The notes: generated by a model not told the origin, from the sequence alone. A stretch of 63,990 bases of DNA, filler included, from Jimgerdemannia flammicorona (GCA_003990765.1; 3 parts of 3 records of this genome joined end to end with filler, not necessarily neighbours in it), one strand, 5' to 3'; positions 14,364 through 25,465 are shown, numbered from the whole stretch's first letter. Program-made: numbers and translations.

Positions 14364-14612
14364 GGCACATTTGCAAGGACTGGCTATCCTTGTCTAGGGC
14401 AAGGGCTCTCATTATCATGGCTGGGAGTTTGAACCTCTTGGAAATAGACTTTCTTATAATCCGAGGCAATTCCTAGTAACAATATCTGTCATGTAGATGG
14501 ACTTAGACTGGTTTTGACATTGTCAGCTTTCCTAAGTTCCATATGAAGTGTCCATCACCATCCAGTAGAGATGATACAGATGGCATGAAATGGAGTTGTT
14601 CAAATGTGTTTT
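14364..14612 (+). ncRNA. Candidate structured Pol III-type ncRNA, copy 1 (antisense to G1)
   Basis: 5' GGCACATTTG pairs with 3' CAAATGTGTT, then a T run; A-box-like at +8; B-box-like GTTTGAACC 14427-14435; conserved with 35230 and 51277. Confidence 0.6.
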
Positions 14613-14754
14613 GCTGTACTATACTAGATTGTTCTTTTGCTTGGGTATCTTCTTGTTGGTTATTCATAGTGTTCCCTTTTCATTGCAATGTTCAGTATTA
14701 TATGTTTCTGGATAAGATATGTAGTATCCTTCTGCTTACTATATACTCCAATAC

Positions 14755-17700
14755 TTAAAGCTGTAGTTCCTTCCTTTGCTGGGGAGTGAGTGTTTCCATG
14801 TAGTCCTGGAGGGCTTTATATGCATTCTTCAGGGCTTCTTCTTTTTCCCAGATAGCATCATGGGTGGGGTAGCCCTTTCACTTGATCAGGAAAAACCACT
14901 TGACTGTTTTGGGATATTTGCGGACCTTGTGGTCAAGTACTTCCTCAATTTCGAATTCCTCATAATCATTGATCCTAATTGGGGGTAGTGGTGGAATTGT
15001 ATGCTCGGGGAATGGGTTCTCATGGTAGTCCACCAATTGGCTGATATGGAATATTGGGTATACTCAGATATTGTAGGGAAGTTGCAACTTGTAGTTGACT
15101 TTACTGATTTTTTCCATGATCTTGTATGGTCCAATTCTTCTAGCACAGAGTTTCTTGGCTGGTTGTTGTGCTAGAGTGTCTGGGTGGAGGTGGTCTGTTC
15201 TAAGCATGACTATGTCACCAATATTGTAGGAGGCTTCTCTTCACTTCAAGTTCACATACTTGGTCTGGTAGTCTTGTGCTTCTATGAGAGCATCTCTTGT
15301 CATTCAGGTAAGGTCAGAAATGGTCTCAGCCAGATCTTGGGCTGCTGGGACTGCTGATTTCACAGTAGTACTCAGAGTCCTTGGGTGTTGACTGTGGTTC
15401 AGGAAAAATGGAGTCTTCTTCATAGAGGTTTGCTGGCTGTTATTGTAGGCAAACTCGGCATAGGCTAGGTACTTGTCCCAATTATTTTGCTTGTAACAGC
15501 AAAAGATGCTAAGCATCTGTTTGAGAGTCCTGTTGGTTCACTCAGTTTGACCATTAGTCTGAGGGTGGTAGGTAGTAGAGAACTTCAGCTTGGTTCTATG
15601 GAGGGAGAAAAATGCCTTCCAGAAGTTGCTTATGAACTTGACATCTCAGTCAGATACAATAGTGCTAGGAATGTCATGTAGCCTGAATACTTGATTGAGG
15701 AAAATCTCAGCAATCTCTGGTGCTGTAGAAATGGTCTTAGTGGGTGCAAAATTGGCTTGTTTACTTAGGCAGTCCACGAATACCACAATGGCATCCCATC
15801 CTGCCTTGGTCTTGGAGAGTTGGACAATGAAGTCCATTGCAATCTGGTCCCAGTTGTGACTTGGGATAGGCAAGGGTTGCAGGAGTCCTGCTGGTAGCTT
15901 GTTACCACTTTTGAATCTTTGGCACATCTCACATGAGGCCACAAAGTCTTTAATGTCCTTGGTCATCTTTGGCCAGTAGAACTCTCTTGAGAGGAGGTTG
16001 TAGGTCTTTTCGAAACCAAAGTGTCCTGCTGCAGGAGTATCATGGAGTTTCTGCATAACCTTGAGTCACAGAGTATCATTGTTGGATACAACCACTCTGT
16101 CATGGTCCCTGTAGATAAGTCCATCATGATAGGTGAATTGCTTGGCCATTTGCCTTATGGCTTCTAGAACCTCGGCCTCTGGGTCTTAGCAGAATTGAAG
16201 AAATTTTGTCATGGGGCTGACTTGCTGGTAGCCTTCCTTGATCATCTGGGTGAGGTCTTCAATTACTTCGACCATAAAGACAAGTTCATCTTCTATGTAC
16301 CTAGAGAAACTATCAGCCACATAGTTGGTTTTGCCTGGGAGATACTTGATTTCCATATCAAAGTTGGCAATGATTTCCATCCAGCGGGCTTGTCTGTGGG
16401 TCAGCATGGGCTGTGTGTGAATATACCACAATGTATGGTGATCAGTATAGGCCACAAATGGCTATCCTAGGAGGAAATGGCGAGTGCAGTGACAATAGCC
16501 AGGAGTTCCTTCTCATGGGTGGTATTCTGGGTCTCAGCTGGCTTGAGTTTTTGGGAAAGGTAGGCCACTGGACAGTCTTCTTGGCTGAGTACTGCTCTAA
16601 TAGCAATGTCAGAGGCATCTGTAGTCAGAGTAAATAGTCTGGTAGGATCAGGTACAATTAGCACTGGGGCTTCAGTAAGGAGTCTCTTGAGATAGTCCAT
16701 AGCCAGGGTGCATTCAGGGGTCCATTCAGTTTTGATGTTTACTCCTTTGCAGGCCAGGCTGGTCAGTGGAGCTGCAATAGCAGAGTATCCTTGGATAAAC
16801 CTTTAGTAATAACTGGCAATACCCAGAAAGTGCTGGAGTAGCTTGAGGGTAGTAGGGATAGAGATATCCTTAAGGGCTAATACCTTTTGGGGGTCTATAT
16901 TGATACCTTCAGCAGAGATAATGTGTCCTAGATATTCAATCTGGTCTTGATAGAACTTGTATTTGCTCATCTTGGCATAGAGCTAGTGTTCTCATAGGAG
17001 AGTCAGTACCTGTCTGAGGTGGGTGTAGTGTAGCTCTACTGTCTCACTGTAGATTAGTATATTGTCAATATACACAAGGACACAGATGTTGAGAAGTGGT
17101 CCAGAGATATCATTCATCAGATACTGGAATGTTGCTGGTGCATTGGTCAATCCAAAAGGCATGACGCGGAACTGGTAGTGTCCAAACCATGTTTGGAAAG
17201 CTGTCTTCTCGATGTCCGTCTCATCAATAAGAATCTGGTGGTAGCCATTTCGCAAGTCTAGTAGAGAAAAGGTCTTGGCCTTGAAGATTTGGTGTAGTAA
17301 CTCATCAATCCTAGGCAAGGCATACCAGTTCTTGATAGTGATCTTGTTGAGGGCTCTGTAGTCAATACACATTTGCAGAGAGCCATCCTTCTTCTTGACA
17401 AATAGAATAGGGGCTCCAAATGGAGAGCAGCTGAATTCAATATATCCTTGGGCCAGTAGTTTGGTTAATTCATCCTTGAGGGTCTTGAGCTCAGGTTGGA
17501 CCAGTTGGTAGATACTCTTGTATGGGGGTTCAGATACTGGAATAAGATCAATTCCATGTTGGATTTAGCACTTGGGTAGAAGTCCTTGGGGGTCTTGGAA
17601 TACATCTTGAAATTCTTCGAACAGTTCTTGAGCTTCAGTTAGAATTGGGCTACTTGTAGTTTCAGTGACTTCTTGTACTATACAGATGAAGTAGGTGTTT

Positions 17701-20700
17701 CCCTTTTTTCGAGAGAGTCTCTTCATTTGAATGGCAGAGATGATTTCAATTCCTTGGTAGTTGGTACCTTGCTGGGGTGTCAGGGTGATCTTTCTACCTT
17801 TGTGGGTCAGGTTAACCTCATTGGTTCTCCAGTTGATATCTGGGTTGTGCTGGGTCAACCAGGCTTTTCCTAAGATAATATCTTGTCCTGGGAGGTCTAT
17901 AATGCTGAAATCCAACTTCTCTTGATATTTGCCAATCTTGAGCAAAAGATCTTTGCAGATCTTGGTCAATGGTGCAGTTTTTCCATCACCAAAGGTAACA
18001 CTTCTTTTCTCAGTGGCTGGTCTGCTTTGGGCTCCAATCCTCTTGGCAGTCTTGGTGCTGATGTAGTTTCCAGTAGCACCACTATCAAGCAAGACATTGA
18101 CATTCTGTCTGTGGACTTGGCCTGTGAACTTGATGCAACTGTCCTCCTTCTTGATGGTATTGAGCTCTTCATCTTCATTGTTGTTGTTCCAATTGCTGTC
18201 AGTCTCCTCAAAGTCAGTTTCTCCTCATCCTTCACAAAGAGGGTTGTCTTGTTTGGGTTCCTCAGTCTGTTGGGCTTGGCTTCTTTCAGCATTGATTTTG
18301 AAAACCTTGAAGAGGTATGCATGGCATTTGCTGATATATTCTATACAGTACATTCAAATGGAATGAGGGCATCATCCACATAGTGCATAACTATTTACAA
18401 TTCTCTTGTACCAGTTTTCATCATCTTCCTTTATGGTAGTGACCTTTTGACTGGGAGGTTTGTTGGTAGATCCAAACCCTTTCTTGCCACAGTCTGTTTG
18501 GGAGAGTCTGGGGACTTCTTCAATGGTGAGATCTTGACAGATTTCTTTGATGATTGCTTGGGCAATTCTTTGGTCTGTTTTGACTTCAAATGATGTGTCT
18601 CTAAAATTTCACAAGATGACATGGATTTCACTAGTAAATCCTTGGTCAACTACTCCTCCTCCTAGTCTAATGTTGAACTCTTTGGCTAGGCTGCTTTACT
18701 CAGCAAGGCAGATGTATGTTCCTTTGAGAGCTTGTATTGCAATTCCTATTCGCACTGTAGCATTGGTACTTGGTGGAATGGTGAGGTCTTGACTACTGTA
18801 GAGGTCATATCCAGCATCAGTTGGGTGGGCCTTAGTAGGGATGGTAGCCTTGTACCATATCTTCTGTACTTTGATGATATTCTCAGGGGTTTTTTTTCCT
18901 GGACCTTCTCTAATGATAGTAATGTTCTGGTTACTGGGTTTGCCTGTTCTGTTCTTCTTCTCAGGACATCTGAATGAGATATATCATGCCTTCTTGCAGA
19001 TGAAGCACAATCCATTTTCATGGAGCTGCTTCTTCTCATCCTCAGTAGGAGGTCTGGGTCCTCTGGGGTTTCGCTGGTTCCTTTGGTCATTCCTTTGATC
19101 ATTTCTCCTCATAGGATTTCTCCTATCTTGGTTATCCTTCTTGTGTTCTTGATTATGTGAAGCTTGTACAGCAAGGATTTCACAGGCTCTTCTTTATACT
19201 TGGGCAAAGCACTATGAGTAGTGGGGGCATCCTTGGGGAAGACTTTGTTCCTTGATCTTCTGGGTAAGCCAGTCTGGTAGGGCTGCAAAAAGGTGGTTGG
19301 CTCTGGTACCATTGATGGCCAAATTGTTTTCCTGGTAGGTAAGTCCAATGGTTTTAAGATAGGCATCTATTCTGGTAGCAAAGGTCTCTAGATCCTCTTC
19401 GCCATTCTTGTGGAACTTCATCTGGGACAGTTTGTTCCAAGTTTCTTGTATGTAGGCCACATTTCAGAATTTGGTCAGTAGCAAGGCCTTGAGTCCTGGG
19501 CCTGCTTCATGGTCATCCCAACCTGGTCTATTGTTGGCAGGTACTTGTCTATTGACTTGGGGGCAGGCTTCCCAGGTTACTGGGTGTTGTTCCAAGGTTT
19601 GTCAGAATTCAGCTGCTGTTCCAGTGAAGAATGTGGCCACTGTTTCTACTTGTACTGCTGATGTGGCAAACAGCTATTGAAGGGTGCTGTTCTGGTTGTT
19701 GGTGAGCATTCCTATAGGCACTCAGTTGTCATTCCATTGGTTTGCTCAGTAGCCTGTGTCAACTGCATTGATGAAGTTTTCAATGTCACTGTTTTTTCCA
19801 CTGAATGTTGGGATTTGCAAGGTCTTGGTTAGTTTGTTCTGTTCAGCAATCTGTCCTACTATCCCTGCTAGTACTGCTAGCTGGGTGGTCAGTGCTGTAA
19901 TATTGATATCTACCATTGTTTTGACTATTAGTGATGGGTCTGTTGGGGTAGATTCTCTAAAGATTATTCTACTTGGTGGGGTTGTGGTGCTGTATGACTT
20001 GAGGTTACTTGATTTCTGGATATTAAGTCAAAGAGTCCTGTGAGAGAGGATAAACCAAATCTCTATATAGGTGGCTGAGTTGGTTCTGGGGTCTGATCTT
20101 CTTGACTTGTAGTTCCTTGGTAAATTTCTAGGCCTGCTGTTCCTCATTGGCTATCATCAGACTGGTAACCTGTAGAGTCTTCATCTGACTCCCTTCCCTG
20201 ATGAGATAGTGCATTCCCATACTGACTAGGTCCTTCAAAGAGAATATCAGTCTCTGGCTGGGTAAATGGGCCTGCTTTTTGTTCAGCAGTAGGGGATGGT
20301 TGGCCTACTTGCTTGTTCTCATACCTAGTTATGGCAGAGGCATAGTATATAACTAGCCTATAGTAGAGGGAGGTCTTGGTTGGGGTATTATGATATCTGT
20401 CAGAGGCAATCCACTTGGCAGCTGCTTCTCTTGCAGCAGGGGGTGTGATATAATCTAGAAAATCCTAGGTGACTGCAGTAGTAGATTCTGGGGTCCTAGT
20501 GGTTCCAATGTGTCCTTGGAGGAGTTCGTAGAACCCATGGTGGCTAACAATATTCTTAAGTCCTGAGTGGTATATTCTAAAGGCCTGGTATAGATTCTTG
20601 TAAGCCTGGTCAATTACAAGCTAGTGGGTTCCTGTGTCTGTGGTTTCCTAGTACCACCTGGTTCTAATGGCAAGGGCTTCTCTGGCTCTGGTTTGGGAAT

Positions 20701-20790
20701 CTACAGTTGGTTCTGGGGGTTACTCCTGTCCAAGGTTGGTCTTGTTCCAACTTCTCAGGAGTATATTCTTTGGTGCCTTCTTGGCTGGTA
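14755..20790 (-). pseudogene. G1 gag-pol polyprotein
   Basis: Zinc-knuckle remnant CFICKKA*YISFRC (~18965-19010); protease LDSGATGNY (18092); [30 protein letters not shown]; RNase H TTDAS; integrase HDTPAAGH..CEMC, IAMDFI; chromodomain EEFEIEEVLDH..FLIK*KGY..AIWE (~14810-14965). Confidence 0.93.
18460..18875 (-). pseudogene. dUTPase domain in G1 (between gag and protease)
   Basis: Manual translation: DAGYDL, *SSLA, GGVVDQGFTSEI, RIAQ, CGKKGFGST (five trimeric dUTPase motifs). Confidence 0.9.
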
Positions 20791-20792
20791 AT

Positions 20793-20804
20793 CTGCTGCT
20801 ACCA
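20793..20804 (-). other. G1 primer-binding site, tRNA-iMet-like
   Basis: TGGTAGCAGCAG 3 nt after the 5' LTR. Confidence 0.75.
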
Positions 20805-20807
20805 AGT

Positions 20808-21490
20808 TGTAATAACTCTCACTTCTACCCCTCTCTTATTCTTTGGATAATTAGGGAAGTGGACTATTACTTAGAGACTTAGTACACAATGTGTACTGAG
20901 AAGCCTTCAGTTTGAGGAAGCACTCGCTTATAGTAGTTTGTAGTGGCAGTGCCTTCTGTTTCAAAAGTCTTTCTCTTGTGCCCTATTTTGAGGGTCTTGT
21001 TCCTTGCTGTGCATAGACTGAATTCACCTTGGAATTCAGGTTCAATGGATTTACTTAAGTCTTTGGGGATTCATATATGTACTAGTCTCAGTTCTGGCAG
21101 AAGTTAGCTAGGCTTCTGGAGTTTAGTCAGACACACTAGAGTCACTTAGGTATCATTACTAAGACTCAGGGGAATGTGTGTATGTGGGGGGGACTTGATT
21201 CTTATATCAAGGACTGAACTATAACTGCTTTATTTCGGATGAAAACTGGGGGGTATTTATACAAGTTGGTCCACAATTTCTGACTAAGTATGAGTAACTA
21301 ATTTGGTAACTATAGTGAGGTTTATAATTGCGACCTTTGTCAGGTGGTTTTTGGCAAAAATCACTTTGTGATCAAGACCTCAATTACTAGGCAATGATCA
21401 GCTGCTGTAGCAACAGTTGCTGTGGCACTGATTGTTGGAGATAAGCTGAATATTATTTTCTGCATCGTTTCACATCTTTCATCATTTGTC
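20808..21490 (-). repeat. G1 5' LTR (truncated at gap)
   Basis: Direct repeat of 12423 onward. Confidence 0.93.
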
Positions 21491-21507
21491 TTTTTTTTTT
21501 TTTTTTT

Positions 21508-21607
21508 NNNNNNNNNNNNNNNNNNNNNNNNNNNNNNNNNNNNNNNNNNNNTTAATTAATTAANNNNNNNNNNNNNNNNNNNNNNNNNNNNNNNNNNNNN
21601 NNNNNNN
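21508..21607. other. Scaffold gap with artificial TTAATTAATTAA spacer
   Basis: 100 bp: N44 + 12-mer + N44. Confidence 0.98.
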
Positions 21608-22149
21608 AAAAATTTTACAAAAAAAAAAAAAATTGTTTTTAAACAAATTGAGATATATTTTTAACAGAAAAACAATGTTTCAAAAAATCATTTTTTTCAA
21701 ACTTTAATTTGTCTGCTAAATGATTTTAAAAGACGATCTTATCTATAGACAAAGGGATATGTTATGAGTTATTGGTCATATAATTAGATATTTAAAATAG
21801 TAAAAGGTGAAAAAACTATGTCACAGATTCTAGTAATCATTTTCATGGATTTTTTGAGCTCTCTGGCAGTTAGTGATTATTCTAGTATTCTTGGCTAAGT
21901 TTTCTGAAGTTATTTAGGTATTTCCTGGGTCTTGTGACTGATTTTCAAGATAGTGATGATTTTGGCTAACTATAGTAATGTTTTCTAGTCTTATAACTTA
22001 GAGCTTTATGACAATTTTCCAAGTCTTGTTTCCTAATAATAGTTGTTTTCTTATCTGACTATAGTAGTATATTCTGGTTCTATAGCAGTGGCAGTTCTTG
22101 GTATCTGATTTCCAAGGTGGTGTTTAACTGGCTGACTTAACTAGTATTA

Positions 22150-22907
22150 GTAGCAAGAGTAATTTGTCTTCTTAATCTTTGAGCTTTATACTCTAGATAG
22201 ATATATATATTGATCTCTAGAATTATTTGTTCTCTTAGAGATAGTGTGTTTCTCTATAAAACTTCTTTTTTACTTCAAACTAGACCTAACTGACTTATAT
22301 CTTGAATATGTGGTCTTAATTTCTAGAGTAGTATATCCAATTGACTTATTTATATATTATTCTTAAGTTTTCTAGCTAGTAGTCATTTCATGGGTTCTCT
22401 ATGTTTTCTAGTAGTATTCTGATATTTTTCAGAGTAGTATTTCCTTACTTGGTAGTGGTAGTGAAATAGCAAGAGTGATTTGTCTTCTCAATCTCTAAGC
22501 TTTATACTCTAGATAGATATATTGATCTCTAGAATTATTTGTTCTCTTGGAGGCAGTGTGTTTCTCTATAATTCTTTTATTTCAAACTTCAACTAATTAA
22601 CTTATATCTTAAATATATAGTCTTGATTTCTGGGATAGTATATCTAATTGACTCATTCATACATTGTTCTTGAGTTTTCTAGCTGGTAGTCATTTTGCAG
22701 ATTCTCTATGTTTTCTAATAGTATTCTGATATTTTCTAGGATTGCATTTCCTTACTTGGTGGTGGTGGCAAAATAGCAAGAGTGATTTATCTTCTCAATC
22801 TCTAAGCTTCATACTCTAGATAGATATATTGATCTCTAGAATTATTTGTTTTCTTAAAGGCAGTATATTTCTCTATAATCCTTTTACTTCAAACTTCAAC
22901 TGACTGA
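22150..22907. repeat. Tandem repeat, ~2.5 copies of a ~307-316 bp unit, in a decayed TE remnant
   Basis: TAGCAAGAGT(G/A)ATTT(G/A)TCTTCT.. recurs at ~22151, ~22467 and ~22774. Confidence 0.85.
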
Positions 22908-23156
22908 GGTTTATTCACTACAGATCAGAGAGTATTTATATAGATTTTCAGGCTATATAAGGTTGAGTAATTAGTTAAAACTCATAATTACTAGAAGATA
23001 CTATTTAGTATACTTTTGAAATTTAGGTGACTAACTAACTGAAAAAGACTAGTTTTATATTTGTGACAAATTTGGCTAGCTAAAGTGTAGTTACTATTTA
23101 TACAACTAACTAACTAACCCAAATATGACTAGTTAAATATGCAGTCACTAACTTAC

Positions 23157-24039
23157 TCAAATTTGACTAATAGAGCCATCCTTATATATCTTAAAGTTCA
23201 ATATGATAGGAATTATATTATTCTTATCTTTTTTCTTATTTTCTTCAAGGAGTTCAGTCAAATCATTTTTTGCATTCTCCAAAGTTGTATTGGGGTCAGT
23301 GAGAGGGTCTTGGAAGAGAGAAAAGAAGTTGTAGATATCATCTTCCAGTAGAATAAATGAGTTGCTATTATTTTTCAAATTACTTGAGAGAGTGATATCA
23401 TTCTGCTCTTAAGATCTCTAGTCAATGGTGAGGTTATTCACAAAGTAGAGAACATCTGTAGAGTTCTAAGGATAGCAGACTCTCAGAGGAGGGCCTTGAA
23501 ATAGGGCAATCAGACTATGGAGGAATTGATCTGAGTTGTCCTCTAGAATAGAGTTCTACTTTATTACTCTTAACTATGATAGTGGATTAGATCTCCTTGG
23601 TAACTATTTTCTTGAGGTGATCTGTACAGCAGCTTATCAATTTTTGAATATTAGAGATCTTGATATACTCAAGATTGAGAATAGCCCAAAGTACATGCCT
23701 GAAGATCTGGTGGACTCTTCTGGTTAGTTTTTACTTATATCTATTTATACATATAGTATCTTCAATTTCTTAAAAGCTGATCTGTGAGAACTTCTAATAG
23801 AGGTGATGTCTTATTTCATATTCTTGCTATATCCAGAGGCACTCAGTAGTGGTAGTAATTCTTATCTCCATTTTCCAGCAGTTGAGAGTATAGTGGTAGA
23901 GGTCTCTTATATAGAGATTCAGACTAGAGATCCTTCTTATATATAGTCTCATTATCCTCTTGATATTAGTAAGTATTTGTTCTTAGACTAATAGACTTGG
24001 ATAACTTCTTAACCTTACTATTTGGTAGATAGTAGGCAT
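23157..24039 (-). pseudogene. G5 accessory ORF3 homologue
   Basis: MPTIYQ..SLNLYIRDLYHYTLNCWK..QEYEIRHHL..RRVHQIFRH..ILEDNSDQFL..PIILNFKIYKDG; several stops and one frameshift. Confidence 0.8.
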
Positions 24040-24107
24040 TTTGTTTTATAGTGAGCTTTGTGATTGATTGATACCTTATCTTTCTTCTCTTAATACTTCT
24101 TTTATAT

Positions 24108-25448
24108 TATGATAAACCAAGACATACTACTCAAATTATACCTTAGCTAGTTGATACAAACAATTAGCCAGATGACATGAATATACAGCATAGTAACTAG
24201 TAACCATTACTGTAGAAACTGTATAAATAGCCAGATTACCAGATAAGGTATATTTATATAGGACCTGTACACCTATATAGGATCTATACACCTATACAGA
24301 ACCTGCACAATCTGCTATAAGTAGCAAATCTATAGTTAGCCATGTAGCAACCAGATAGCAACTAACTTGTATAAATTACCCCAGAGATAAGAGTGAATAA
24401 ACCTCAGTCTAAAAGTTAAATACAAACCAAAAGCAAAAGTCAATTGTCTGGTATACTTAGGAGAAATGTCTGCCAAAAGCCACTTGATCCAGGAAGGATT
24501 GCAATACTTAGGAGATACACCTGCCAATGAACCATTGCTAAGAAGTTGTGAGCTTGGTTCTCTTCTCTTTCACTCTGGTCCACTTTCTGATACAAAGCTG
24601 ATTTTGCTACCAAGTTCGAGTGAAGAACTTTGCTACCTTTGGAATTATTGGTACACTTGCCAGATAAGCCTAAAGAATCTGAGTTTGCTGCCCAAGTCAA
24701 GGAAGAACTTCACTGCCATTTCCCAGTTAAAGCCACCAATTCAGGAAGAATTTGCACTATCTGAGTTAATTCTTAGTTAAGCCACCATTTTCAAGAAGTT
24801 CACTGATTCAGGAAGAATCCATATCATCTGCTGTTTTCAAGTTATCTGCCATATTTCCAGTTGAAGCCACCATTTTCAAGTTGTCTGCATTCCCAGAGAA
24901 CCCATACTGTCTGATTTATTATTCCCAGAGAACTCAATTCATACTGTCTGAGTTGTTCATTGTTCCCAGTGAGCCAAATTAAGTTATCTACCAGAAATTG
25001 CATACTTTTGGAGATTGTCATGCAGAGATTGCCATTACCCAAGAAGGAAAACTGCTAAATTGACTGACTGTCACCCCACGCTACACAAGAGATCATCATG
25101 CCAGAAATTGCATACTTTTAGAGATTGCCTTGCTATACAAAATTGTGGCATTCCCAGTTGACCTAAATAAGGAATCCATCATGCTACACATGAATTCTAC
25201 CAATTCTCAGTTGACCTAAGAAGGAAACTCATTCACATAAATTGCCATCATATCCAGAGAACTATCTTAATAAGGAAATCACCAGAATCACTTACAGATA
25301 TCCAGCTTTGACTATTATACCACTAAACACCAAGAACCTTAGAAATTATTGAACATTTTGTTGCTTTTGACAAAGTAACTGAGGGCTCAAGCCAAACTAC
25401 ATCAACCCCCAACCTTATAATTTGTCTCCATTGAGCTGGCACATTACA
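24108..25448 (+). repeat. G2 5' LTR (~1341 bp, internally repetitive)
   Basis: TATGATAAACC (mutated TGTGACAAACC)...ACATTACA; direct repeat of 33642-34929. Confidence 0.93.
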
Positions 25449-25465
25449 TTTGGGCTCAACTGGGA
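25449..25465 (+). other. G2 primer-binding site, tRNA-Pro-like
   Basis: TTTGGGCTCAACTGGGA resembles TGGGGGCTCGTCCGGGA. Confidence 0.55.

Larger units (their letters stand above)
12423..21490 (-). mobile_element. Ty3/Gypsy chromovirus G1 (gag-dUTPase-PR-RT-RH-IN-chromo, plus 3' accessory module)
   Basis: Paired LTRs, PBS, PPT and pol domains in Gypsy order; 5' LTR broken by a poly(T) and scaffold gap. Confidence 0.95.

Noticed and set aside
14506..14526. Hammerhead-like CTGA(CG)A-TGTC-(G)AAAC-CA-GTC on the minus strand
   Set aside because: Needs CpG restoration, has no stem II, and is absent from the third copy.
21552..21563. TTAATTAATTAA palindrome inside N runs (also 43156-43167)
   Set aside because: Artificial six-frame-stop scaffold spacer, not biological.
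24440..25400. Short dispersed repeats and small ORFs in the G2 LTR that could suggest a CRISPR-like array
   Set aside because: Irregular degenerate LTR subrepeats without fixed repeat-spacer periodicity; eukaryotic context.
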